From positions 27,032,001 to 27,096,000 of the forward strand of contig OX597827.1 of NCBI GenBank assembly GCA_951406725.2: a DNA stretch of 64,000 bases, in the 5' to 3' direction. The stretch is from Octopus vulgaris (taxonomy: Eukaryota). A program made the position numbers and the translations under genes. Under the pieces are notes generated by a model. It had not been told where the DNA came from and did not search any database. It worked only from the letters and a program-made list of their open reading frames with translations. Below, one piece after another: positions 13,563-27,013 of the stretch (its first letter is position 1; each line of letters starts with the position of its first letter).

Positions 13563-13720
13563 GAACTGGCAGAATCGTAAGCACGCCGAGCAAAATGCTT
13601 AAGCGGTATTTCTTCAGTCTTTGTGTTCTGACTTCAAATTCCGCCGAGGTAGAATTTTGCCTTTCATCCTTTCGGGGCCGATGTAATAATAAGTACCGGT
13701 TGTGCCAAAATTTGAAACCG
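13288..13720 (+). mobile_element. Two SINE family B copies separated by (CAT)/(TTA)n
   Basis: Heads at 13288 and 13561; AATTCCGCCGA cores; GCAAAATTTGA / CCAAAATTTGAAACC tails. Confidence 0.8.
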
Positions 13721-14155
13721 TTATTAATAAAACACAGCAGATTTGCTTCGCACGAAGAAAGAAACAGTGCTGTGGGCACCAGTTTCCATCTGTGTTTCTA
13801 GGACATTTTTTTTTAGAATCTATGGTGTAGTATCAGGAAAATTTGGCTGTTATTTCTAGCAGATCACATCATTACGTAAAGGTTTTATGAGCCCTATTCC
13901 CAAGGGAACAAACAGTTACGAGATCCGGTTTCCCTAGCGATGGAGCTTTTCGATTGGCTGAAGTTATATAACATTGAATGTAAATAAATTATCTAGCGAA
14001 AATTTGAGACGAGTGGGTGGAAGAAATTTAACAAGAACCTGGTAATAGATACAATATGAGATGGCCGTGGCTGGAATGTCTTGAAGTTAATTCTGATCCT
14101 TTTAGATCTCATTTGGTACTAAACGTCATCATCATCCACAACTTCATCATCGTCG

Positions 14156-14205
<50 letters not shown>

Positions 14206-14619
14206 GATGATAACCACCCTCAAAAACACACACATATCGTAATCTCTAGAACGACCACTGTCCCCATTACCTCCAACACCCTCCCCACTACAGGCGCTAC
14301 CACCGCCACCACTATTGTCATCACACCACGCACCGCATTAATGCATTATTCCAATGCGCCCATTTCAGAATGTCCACTTTCATGACCAGACATGTAGAAT
14401 GGACAGATACTGGCGGTCACCCAAATTAATGAGACCGTTGTTGACCAGTGAATATACATACCTACATTTACCCACACAGAAACATGTGTGTGTGTGTGTG
14501 TGTGTCTCCTTTTTCAGTCTCTCTCCTCTATTCCCTTCTCTTTCTCTATAAATTCACACGCATATGTGTAAACATGTACATGTACATACGTATAATGTGT
14601 ATATACATACGTGTATGTA

Positions 14620-15575
<956 letters not shown>

Positions 15576-15959
15576 TCACACAATTAGTTCTTTAGATGTT
15601 AAAGTCAGCAGTAGTCACCTACATGAATATACATTAATATACATTAATCTAAATAAAACCAAGAAAGGTTTAATTAATTAAAACTCCATTCGTCATGGTG
15701 TGAAAGAATTATTAACTTAATCATATCTAATGAAGAAAGCCGAAATTTTAACTAATCGCAATTGAGGTAACATTCAATGCGTTTGTGAGAATATATTCTG
15801 TTAGTCTTTGTTCGGGTGCAAACTAGGCAGGTGGGTAGAACCTATCCGAATATGCTTAGTCTTTACATTTGAAAGTCACTTATGCTGTTACTGTCAATAT
15901 TGTTGTTTCTGTTATTTCGGAAACACGAAACTCGGAGTGCAAAACACACACACACACAT

Positions 15960-16049
<90 letters not shown>

Positions 16050-16847
16050 ACAATTTAATAAATAAAACACATGCATACATACATAGATATATGTACATAC
16101 TTACATCCATATGTATATATACATGCATATATGAGTACAGGACACCACAAATAAACGTAGAACACAACGAGAAACGAAAACATAAAATCAAACAAGGAAA
16201 CGGACTTTTTTTAACAACGAAAAAACAGAGTACAAGACAAACAATACAAGGAACATTCCCCTTCTTCAGCTGCCCCTGTTTCGACTCAATACGTGTTTCG
16301 AAGGTAAGGGCAGAACACGATCCGGTCAAAGCAGTCCTTCCCGCAAAATGAATTAGATAAAACATTTTTGCGGAGGGGTAAATAAAAGTGACACGAACAG
16401 GACGTAAAAGCAATACAAATGAAGAAAAAAACAGTACAAATAAAGAATAAAAACACTAAAAGACAGGACAAGGAAACCAACAATAAGGGCTTTTTTTTAA
16501 AGCCTAGACGGTGGAAAAATTCGTTAGAATGCATTCTGAAGATCGGCTGCGGGAGACAGAAAAAGCCGATGCTGACAAGTTGAAAGCTGTGGGCAGAAAG
16601 AAAGTTAGTAGCCGTCCGGTCAGAGACGAGAGAGAGGAGGAGGAGTGATAGAGATAGAGGAGAAGAAACCAGAAAGGGTGAAAAATAAGGAGAGGGACAG
16701 GTAGAGAGGAAGACAGACAGGGAGGGAGGAAAGGTCAAGTAAAGGGTTAAGAGTTCGCGTCATAATTACTGAAATAAAACTTACTTGGAAGAAGAAGAAG
16801 AAAACGACGCGAGCGTTCAGTCATATAATAACAATTTAATATATATT

Positions 16848-16876
<29 letters not shown>

Positions 16877-16878
<2 letters not shown>

Positions 16879-17025
16879 GACAGGCTTCTTTCAGTTTCCG
16901 TCTATCAAATCCACTCACAAGGCTTTGGTCGGCCCGTGGTTCTAGTAGAAGACACTTGCCCAAGCTGCCGCGTGGTGGGACTGAACCCGGAACCATCTGG
17001 TAGGAAAAGCAAACTTCGTACCACG
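16877..17025 (-). mobile_element. SINE family A, 5' half
   Basis: GGCTTCTTTCAGTTTCCGTCTA...GGGACTGAACCCGGAACCA. Confidence 0.85.
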
Positions 17026-17036
17026 CGCGTGTGTTT

Positions 17037-17089
<53 letters not shown>

Positions 17090-18043
17090 GCTTAATGATG
17101 CTTGTAACGAACGACAGAGACAGTACTCAATACCATGATGCAGTGAAATTCACTTAATTTACTTGAGAGAAGTCAAAGACGACGACGACGACCTTTAAAA
17201 GTTCGATTTAGGTTTATCAGCCACCCTAATAGACCGGTTAATAACGGCGCTGCTACAGTTCCACGCGGCTAAATCTCCGTCTAACCTCATTTACGCATTT
17301 ATGGAATCTAGTCTACGCTTACTAATTAGAGCTCGCAACTTTTCATGGGATTTATTAGTCTGCAGCATTAGGAGTTGTTAGTAACTTTATCCTTGTGATC
17401 TCTCGGTCTTAAATGCCGTCTGTCTAGATTCAGGCTTGCAAAAATGCTTCCTGTTATATTGTGTGTGTGTGTGTGTAATTGAGGAATTAGTAGCGTTTCT
17501 TTTTCATGCTATGGTCTACTACGATAAAGTATATTGATTATCCAGTTTGTTTAATTTTAAATGACTTACATACGGCATACGTAGCGCCGGCTTTAAAACT
17601 TAATAACACGCGTACATACATAGAAGGTAGAATTGTTAGCGCGTCGGGCTAAACGCTTAGTGGCATTTCTTCCGGCTGTTTGCATCCTGAATTCAAATCC
17701 AGTCAAGGTCAGCTTCGCCATTCACCCTTTGAAGGTCTATGAAGTGAAGTAGTAGTCGACTTACACCTTACATCCACTTAAAATATCTGGTCTTCAATCC
17801 TGAAATGGACCGACTTCACGTCGAGCGTGAAAGTTGTGGTTCTGATCTCGGTGATTTATTCGCCATGGAAACTGGTTAACTCGTCTTAAGAGTCCCAGGG
17901 CTCAAGAAAGCAAGCTATATAACATACATGAGAGCATAGCTGTTCTACAGATGCGAATATCTCTTCCAAAATCAGCGAGATTATCTATGGACGACTGCTT
18001 CAAAATTTGCAATTCCACTTTGATTTTTAGTTAGGTGTAGGCG

Positions 18044-19295
18044 GGAAACTACCAGGAAAAGTCCGAGGAGGGGTTGAATAGTGGGGGAAAGAAGGGAAAC
18101 TTCCTGGAAAAGGCCGAGGTTGGGTTTAAAGGTGGAAACGTCCTGGAATAACCGAAAAGATGAAAAGTGGGAAACTTTTTGGAAAAGTCCGAGTAGGGCT
18201 ATGAATAGGGGAATCTTCCTGGAAAACTACCCCAGCTTCACTTCCTCCCCTCTCGTCCTCTCCTTCCATCCCCTCCTCCCTTTCCTCTCCTTCCTTTCAC
18301 TCCTTCCTTCATCCTCATCTTTCCCTTCCTCTCCTTCCTCCCCTTCCTCACCTTCTTCCCCGTTCTCACCTTGCTCCAGTTCTACTACATCCTCCCTTCC
18401 TACTTTTCTCCCCTTACCTTCAACACATTCCTTCCTCCCCTTCCTACCCAAACTTCTTCCCATCCCACCCTTACTTCTCACAGCTTCCTACTCTTCCTTC
18501 CTGACCTTCGTCCCCTCAACTCCACCACCTCGGACTTTTCCAGGAAGTTCCCACACTATGAAGTCCTTCCTCCCATTCCTCCCCTTCTCCCCTTCCTCGA
18601 ATTCTCCAGGAAGTCCACCTCCTCGGACATTTCTAGGAAGTCCTTCCCTCTTATCCTCAACACACCTCCTCGGACTTTTCAAGGAAACACCTTCCCCCTT
18701 CCTCCCACCTCCCCTTCTCACTGCGCGGTCTTTTCGACGAAGTCCTCATCCTCGGACTTATCCAGGAAGTCCTTCCTCCCCTTCTTTGCCTCAACTTCTC
18801 CTACTCGGACTTTTCCAGGAAGCATTTCCTCTTCTTCCTCTCCGTCACCCCCAACTCTTCCTCCTTGGACTTTTCCAGGAAGTTCCTGCTTTCCCTCTCC
18901 TTGGAATATTCCAAAAAGTTAGCCCTTTTCGACCACTTCCTCGGACTTTTCGAGGAAGTTCCCCTCCTCTCCCCCTCCTTGGCCTTTGCCAGGAAGTCTA
19001 TCTCCTCTCACCCTCTTAGAACTTTTCCAGGAAGTTCCCCTCGTCCCCTCCTCGGACGTTTCCACGAAGTTACCTCTCTACACCTACTCAGACTCTTCCA
19101 GGAAGTTGCGCATCTTCTCCCTCTTCTTGGGCTTTTCCAGGAACTTTCCTTATCTTTACCCCCACTCGGAATTTTCCACCAACTTCTCTTCCCTGTCCGC
19201 GGAATTTTTCAGGAAGTTCAACCTCTATCTTTCCTCGGACTGTTCCAGGAAATTGCCCCTCTTCTCCACCTCCTTGGACTTTTCAATGAAGTTCC
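18044..19295. repeat. Degenerate tandem array with core CCTCGGACTTTTCCAGGAAG; about 5 inverted copies followed by about 19 direct copies
   Basis: Motif recurs mostly every 35-40 bp in pyrimidine-rich spacers from 18527 to 19292. Reverse-complement form CTTCCTGGAAAAGTCCGAGG occurs at 18044-18228. Confidence 0.88.
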
Positions 19296-19304
19296 CCTTC
19301 TTGT

Positions 19305-19805
19305 ACTCTCCTCTTGAGACTCCGCGATCGGAATGAGTACACTACAAATCCTTTAACGTGGATCGACTGGAGGGCAAGTCTGGTGCCAGCAGCTGCGTTA
19401 ATTCCAGCTCCGGTAGCGTATACCAAAATTGTTGCGTTTGCAAAGCTCCTAGTCGGAATTCGAGTCTCGAAAACGTGCCCCAGCATGTTCGGCGCGACGG
19501 TGCCGCCGTGGACGCGCCTCGGGCGCCTCTGCTTCGGTCCTCTGTTCGCACTTCCGGCCTAATCGCCGGTGTATGCACTGTCGGGCCGCGGAATCTGCGC
19601 GCATCGCCACCGCGTGGGACACCCTGGCCTCTGTTCACTCGTCCGGTTTCACGCCTGCAGCTTAATTTGACTCGACACTGGAAAACTCACCCTGTCCGGA
19701 CACCGGTAGGATTGACAAATCAATAGCTCTTTCTCGATTCAGTGAGTGGGGGGGTCATGGCCGTTCTTAGTTGGTGGAGCGATCCGTCTGGTTGATTCCA
19801 ATAAC
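19305..19805 (+). pseudogene. 18S rRNA pseudogene fragment with large internal deletion
   Basis: GGAGGGCAAGTCTGGTGCCAGCAGCTGCGTTAATTCCAGCTCC (mutated universal motif), a GC-rich V4 segment, then a jump at about 19653 to GCCTGCAGCTTAATTTGACTC...CATGGCCGTTCTTAGTTGGTGGAGCGAT. Several normally invariant positions are substituted. Confidence 0.95.
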
Positions 19806-19903
<98 letters not shown>

Positions 19904-19919
19904 ACACATATACATATAT

Positions 19920-19970
<51 letters not shown>

Positions 19971-20779
19971 TAAGAAATAGAAAATCCTTGGTACAGCATA
20001 ACATGTTTGAAAAAATAAATACAAATTAGATGTTTGTGGAAAAATTATCAGAAAAGCTATTTCAATTGATTCTTATATACGGGTTGGCAAATAAACCGGC
20101 AACCCCACAAACTTGCTTGTAAGAAGGTGATGGATGGATGGATGGATGGATGGGGAGCGCTCTCTCTATATATATATATATGGGTCAGGTTGCTCATGCA
20201 ATACTGATCACATGTAATCCACTACATCTTGTTGCTTGTAAGGTGGGTGATGCTTTCGGACACCCTTCGGGATGAAAATGAAGACCCGTAAGGGGGCGGA
20301 AGATCAAGACTCGTCAAAAGGATGGGGTGGAGTCAACAGCCATCCAAAACAGTCCGGGATAGATGGTACTCGCCATAGTTTAAGACAGTTCATCTAGGAG
20401 AGTGAAATCTCTGAAATAAAAGCAGTTCAGAGAGGGCAGGTTCCACTGTTGGCTCTTCCATGCCTGAAGAACTTGACTTGAACTGTCAATGTTCCTCTGT
20501 AGCATTGCCATACCAAAGACTTTTGGAAATCGTCCATGATCTTCGATTCGTAGGTCCTCCAGCAGAGACTACTTTTCTCATCGATGCCTACATTCGATCC
20601 TAGTCCATCATCGCTCCGACCCACAACTAATCACCTATAGAAAACTTGTGTTGTTTTCTCGCTAACGGTTTTGTGTAGCTGGTAGTGAGCGCTTGGCAAC
20701 ATTCTTGATGCAAAAGTCTCATCTTTGGTCTAAGTTCGACCCACGGCTCTAGAGCTGTCAATGAAATGACCTGCATTGT

Positions 20780-21085
20780 GTTTAGGGTATTCGGCTCACA
20801 ATTCCAAGTCCACGAGTTCGATTCTCGGTGGCGCGTTGTGTCCTTGAGCAAGACACTTTATTTCACGTTGTACCAGTCCACTCAGCTAGCAAAAATGAGT
20901 TGTACCAGTAATTCAATGAACCAGCCTTGTCACATTCTGTGTCACGCTGAATCTCCCCAGGAACTACATTAAGGGTACGCGTGTCTGCGGAGTGCTCAGC
21001 CACTAATATGTTCCTTTCACAAGCAGGCTGCTCCATTGATCAGGTCAACTAGAACGTTCTTCGTCGCAACAGACGGAGTGCCGGT
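20780..21085 (+). mobile_element. tRNA-derived SINE family C
   Basis: GAGTTCGATTC B-box, GTGTCCTTGAGCAAGACACT core, CCAGCCTTGTCACATTCTGTGTCAC tail ending GACGGAGTGCC. Confidence 0.82.
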
Positions 21086-21698
21086 TCTTTATTCTCCTGC
21101 CCGATTTCTTCAACTTCCTTAATCTCTTTACACAGTCTTGAAGGAACTGCAAATATCACAGCCAACAGCTCATCATTTCCTTCTTTCACCAAATATCAAA
21201 AACAAACAGGGGAAAAGTTCCACAATTTTCCCAAGATTCATAAGCAACTATATTTTAAAGAATTCGTATCGAACCATTCCATGAGATATTTATCAGAGAT
21301 TATGACAATTGATAGATTCAAGAAGATAAAACACAAACCTACCAAACCAATATTCTCCGAATATTTTATTTTCCCTCAAATTCTTTTTCTTTTCTTTTAT
21401 AGTTTTTCTTTCTTAGTTTTATTTCTTATATTTATTTTATCTGATGGATTCTGAGCCAAATTGATGCTTTCGCGTCGGTCACCGATCGGCCACTTCCCCA
21501 TCTCTGCCGTTCAGTTCTGGATATGGCAGTTAAAAATATTATAGTTTGGAAGAGAGCTTTATAATAAGTTAACAATGTTCTTTTCTCTCTCTTCTCACTC
21601 CATCCATCCTCTTCCTGTCTCTATCTTTCACCTCACTCTTTCCCACCCCTCTCTTTCTCTCTCACACTCCTCTCTCTCTTTTCTGCTTCTCTCTCTCT

Positions 21699-21741
<43 letters not shown>

Positions 21742-21884
21742 ACACACACTCAATATTTTTCTTTTGTTTTGTCGCCTGTATATATACTTATGTAAAAATA
21801 CACTTCTATATACTGGTGTATATGTGTGCGTGTGTACATACATACATATATATATATATATGTATGTGCGTATATTTGTGTCAG

Positions 21885-21940
<56 letters not shown>

Positions 21941-22155
21941 TACATATATATTAAACACATACACACACATAGCTATACATATACATATATGTATGTATGT
22001 ATGTATAGATAGATAGATATACAGACACATACATGCATACAGACAGACACAGATATAAATGCATATCTATATGTTTACATATATATAGGTAGATAGAAAG
22101 AGAGATAGATAATTAGATATGTAGATATACATACATGTATATATTATGCATACGT

Positions 22156-22246
<91 letters not shown>

Positions 22247-22586
22247 AGTCTTCACACTTTTTATCCCTATACACTCACACACAGACGCGGGAGCGTGCAA
22301 AAGCCGCATACTTGCACACAGTCATATTACGTGTAGGAAAGTGGATTCAAATCGATATGTCGTAACTAAACACACAAAAATAACAACTAGATAAATATAC
22401 GAAACACTGGTACGGCCTTATAGTTTGAATACAAAGTACACAAGTATATTAATGGAACTGGGTGGTGGAATATAGAATAGCAATAGATGTAATTTATATG
22501 TTTTCTTTGGGAAGTTTTCGCTTGAACGCCAAACGGTGGCAGTTTTTTGGCAAGACATAACAACGCGAGCATGCGTTTTCAATAGC

Positions 22587-22654
<68 letters not shown>

Positions 22655-23148
22655 CACGAGCACATATTAATACACACACATACACACGCACTCTGTGTGT
22701 GTGTGAGTGCGTGTGTATATGCATGTATGTATGTATGTATGTATGTGTGTGTGTGTACGCATGTATGTATGTATGTATGTATGTATGTATGTATGTATGT
22801 ATGTATGTATGTATGTATGTATGTGTGCATGTGCGTGTGTGTGTATGTATAGAATCTACTGTATTTAGATTTGGTTGTAAATCTGTAAATTCATTTGTTC
22901 TTTAGGATCTTTCGAGGCCTGTGAGAATGAATGTGTGTGTCCTTATATTTAAGTCTGTGTGTTATGTGTCTTCGCATGCGCGTGGCTTTACAGATGCCTT
23001 TTTCATTTTACATCTCGTAGCTCTAAGTCACAAAATTTACAGTTGTAGCAATTTGACCCATCCATCCATCCATCCATCCATCCATCCATCCATCCATCCA
23101 TCCATGCATACATACATACATGCATACATACATACATACATACATACA

Positions 23149-23177
<29 letters not shown>

Positions 23178-23179
<2 letters not shown>

Positions 23180-23450
23180 GGCTTTAATGTTAGGGCGTTG
23201 CACTCAGGATTACAGGATCGGATCGTGGTTTCAATTCCTGGACACCGGGCCGACCGTAGGGTTGCAGGCGCCCCGGGCAAGCTGAACTCCGGCATGTGCA
23301 AGCTGACAGTCGTGTAAATTTCCTATGTCACGCCCTCCTTGGCGCTTCATAGCACATTGCGACCCGGGCCCTTACCCGAGTTGCCGGTACCTTGAGCCAG
23401 ACCTTCCTGGACCAGGTAATGCGTTGTGTTCTTGCCAAAAACACTTCGTC
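23178..23450 (+). mobile_element. SINE family C head interrupted by a MITE
   Basis: tRNA-like head ending GGTTTCAATTCCTGGAC resumes after the insert as GCGTTGTGTTCTTGCCAAAAACACT. Confidence 0.6.
23244..23403. mobile_element. 160-bp GC-rich MITE, probably hAT-type
   Basis: Direct repeat TTCCTGGAC at 23235-23243 and 23404-23412; degenerate TIRs CCGGGCCGACCGTAGGGT / ACCTTGAGCCAGACC. Confidence 0.65.
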
Positions 23451-23632
23451 CCATGCTGCTCTACAATCACTTCGACACCCGACGCGTGGCACACCGTGCA
23501 CCTCTTCAGACAACGTTGATTTGATGGAGGGTGTGAGCTACTGTGCGGCACAGACATTTTGAACTTTGATCACTATAAACATATCATTTGTGCAGTCGCT
23601 TAACACACATACGTTGTCTTCGACGAGAGAGT

Positions 23633-23710
<78 letters not shown>

Positions 23711-23711
<1 letters not shown>

Positions 23712-23924
23712 CCGTTGGAAAATCGATTATAGCAGCGACTCCATCTAAGAATATCTGATGAAGGAATTGTATTCCGAAATATCATCCGACTATGGATAGC
23801 TAAATTACAACAGGTATATAGTCCATTTTTAAAAAAATACATTATAGTGCATTGTTGTACCATTTAAAACCTTTTTATTCTTTACAAACAATACACAATG
23901 CTTCAAGCGAACTACAATACTCTC
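23711..23924 (+). mobile_element. Penelope-like terminal repeat (family P1) with minimal hammerhead ribozyme motif
   Basis: AT-CTGATGA-A-GGAAT-TGT-ATTCC-GAAA-TATC-AT at 23753-23785. Homologous to 39125-39327 on the minus strand, with the same 3' end GCGAACTACAATACTCTC. Confidence 0.7.
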
Positions 23925-23934
23925 ATATATATAT

Positions 23935-24105
23935 ATAAACAAAGGAGGAAGACAGGTGTGGGAACAACAAACATGTTAGTTTAACGCTCGGGAAGATGAG
24001 AAATTCTTTTACGTTTCGAGCCTACGCTTTTCAACAGAAAGGAACACGAGGAAATAAACAGTGCGAGAAAAAAAATTTGAAGCTTCCGGTTAATCATGGC
24101 GTGTG
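23935..24105 (-). mobile_element. Penelope-like terminal repeat (family P2) with variant minimal hammerhead motif
   Basis: Minus strand of 24006-24041 reads CTTT-CTGTTGA-A-AAGC-GTAG-GCTC-GAAACGTA-AAAG: stems I and II, palindromic ACGT stem III, A6 replaced by U. Confidence 0.6.
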
Positions 24106-24299
24106 TGTGTTTGTGTAAGATGTTTCATTTCCAACCACATGCTTCCGGATTCAGTTCCACTGCATCTTCTGTTTAGACGGAAACTGAAAGAAGCCCGTCG
24201 TTTGTGCGTGTGTGTGTCTAATGACTGAAAGATGTAACAGATAAAGTGCCGAGTAGAGCGACAGTAAAAGATACTTCAAAGTATGTACCAGTTACTGGT

Positions 24300-24480
24300 C
24301 CTCGCGAAACATTGTATCGCAACTTCCGACATATTTTCGACACAAATACTCTAAGAACCTCGTCAAAGTCGAAAAGTACTTCGGTAAGTGGGAATAACTG
24401 GCCGTTTTGTGCAATGTTTGCCCTCATATTGAAAATAGGATCATAGGTGGTATTAAATAGTTTCGTTTACAAGATGAGTT
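24300..24480 (-). pseudogene. Possible decayed hAT transposase C-terminal dimerisation region
   Basis: Minus-strand peptides KRNYLIPPM, ILFSI and DFDEVLRVFVSKICRK loosely match hAT KNYLRSTM..LAILSIE..DFDEVIxxFAxxKxRK in order, across frames. Confidence 0.3.
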
Positions 24481-24581
24481 CTGTTTATACCCATTTCGCA
24501 ATCAACGATGTGCTATTGAATAATGGCAATGACGTTGAAATTATAAAGGAGTATACACATGCGCTGACAGTGAGACAAACC

Positions 24582-24747
<166 letters not shown>

Positions 24748-25146
24748 CGGAAGGAAGAATCTCGCAGAAATCCATCGACTGCAAGAATTTCGAATCGCAG
24801 TCTCACACGTAGCTTTGACGTCGGAATCTCTTTCTTAATCCGTTGACCCTTACCCAACCCACAATCCGCCTAATACTTCCCTTAATCTTTTAAGCCATTT
24901 CTACCTGACGTACCGCGTGTTAGCGTCAGCAACAACAACAACAACAACCACAGCAACAGCAACAACAACAACATACAATGAACAAACGCCAAGCGAAAAA
25001 TCTTAAACGATCTGTCATCTCTTTAAGGTGGATGATAATGTTAGATGTTGTTGTTGTTTCGGTGCCGGTGTTGGTGGGTTTGGAGGGGTAGGGCGGTTTA
25101 AAGGGATGTGAAATTCTTCGCAGCTGTTGTCAATGTTCCCCCACCA

Positions 25147-25215
<69 letters not shown>

Positions 25216-25347
25216 GTTCTAACACAGAACCCTTCACATTCCCGTTATCTACCATACGAACATGTTCCTACGTACGTAAATATTACATGCATACATACAT
25301 ATATACATATACGTACACATAAGTACATATAGACATACATATATACA

Positions 25348-25420
<73 letters not shown>

Positions 25421-25507
25421 TTACATACGCATACATACATGCACACATATATATATATCCACTTGCATACATACATGTAAATACATATATATATATGCAT
25501 ACATACA

Positions 25508-25543
<36 letters not shown>

Positions 25544-25587
25544 TCTATCTATATCTATATACATATATATACACATATATACATGCA

Positions 25588-25655
<68 letters not shown>

Positions 25656-26136
25656 CACATACAGATACACACACAAACACATACATGCATCAACTCTTGC
25701 TCTCTATTTCTCATACACAAACGCATATATTCAAGCTAGATTCCTATAAACACACATACATGCATACATACATTCATACATATATACATACATATATACA
25801 TACATACATACACAAGCGTGTGTGTTTGTGTGTGTGTATGTGTGTGTATGTGTGTGTGTAGGAATAAAGATCTATTTGCGACATATACATCCACACACAC
25901 GAACATACATATATACACATGTACATATATACATATATACATACATGTATATACACATGTATATATGTGTGTATAGTAATACTGGGTTATATGCAATAGA
26001 TGTATATATATACATACACATACACACACACATATATATATACACACAACCATACACATTCATATATACACACATACACTCACATATACATGCATTTACA
26101 CTAATTCATATGCACATACATGGATATATATATATA

Positions 26137-26169
<33 letters not shown>

Positions 26170-26599
26170 ATGTATGTATAAAGATATATACACATATATA
26201 CACACACACACACAATAAAAAAAAACCTGACTCATTTTCCCGTCCATTTCACTTGCATCGTTCCTTTTCACAGCTGATGTCTTCACGTCCCTCCATGCCT
26301 GCCCACTCCAACAACTACAACACGTAACTCTCACATAACTCTCCTAACATCAACAACCCTATTTAAACATCATCCTCTCCCCATCTCTCTCTCTCTCTCT
26401 TTCTCTCTTTCGATTTGTTTTATACTTTTCCTCCATCGCCAGCGCCACCATCAACTTCATCATCATCATGGTCTTCAGCCTCCTACTACTCCTCTCCTAC
26501 TTGTATCATCAGCGTCACCACCACCACCGCCGCCGCTGCCGTTACTTTAACCACCATCACCACTACCACCATCACCACTACCACCACTACCACCACTAC

Positions 26600-26643
<44 letters not shown>

Positions 26644-26814
26644 ACAATCTTTATTTTCCATCACGGATCATTAGGGTGTCTTTCTGATCCCTAGGGCACT
26701 GTCTCTCTATTGAGACAACTCATTTCATAACATTTACCATTTTGTTTACTTTATACTCAATCCTAAAAACACTGTTTGTCTTTCTAATTTGTCTTCTTAA
26801 TGGCTGCACGCCAG

Positions 26815-26941
26815 TTGTCTTTTACGTTCTGAGTTCTAATTCCGCTGAGGTCGTTTTCACCTCTTATCCTTTCTAAGTCGATGAAACAAGCTCCAGCTGA
26901 GCAGCGAGGTCGATGTAGTCGACAAGCACCTCCTCTGTACG

Positions 26942-27013
<72 letters not shown>

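Noticed and set aside
18081-19019. 312-aa ORF
   Set aside because: Pro/Ser/Leu-rich translation of the C/T-rich repeat array; overlapping frames are also open and no domain is recognisable.
18500-19295. CRISPR-like appearance of repeat plus spacer
   Set aside because: Eukaryotic context, degenerate repeats, low-complexity related spacers and no cas genes.
20182-20470. Resemblance to an RTE 5' UTR (TCTAGGAGAGTGAAATCTCTGAA)
   Set aside because: One short motif, no downstream ORF and no second copy in the window.
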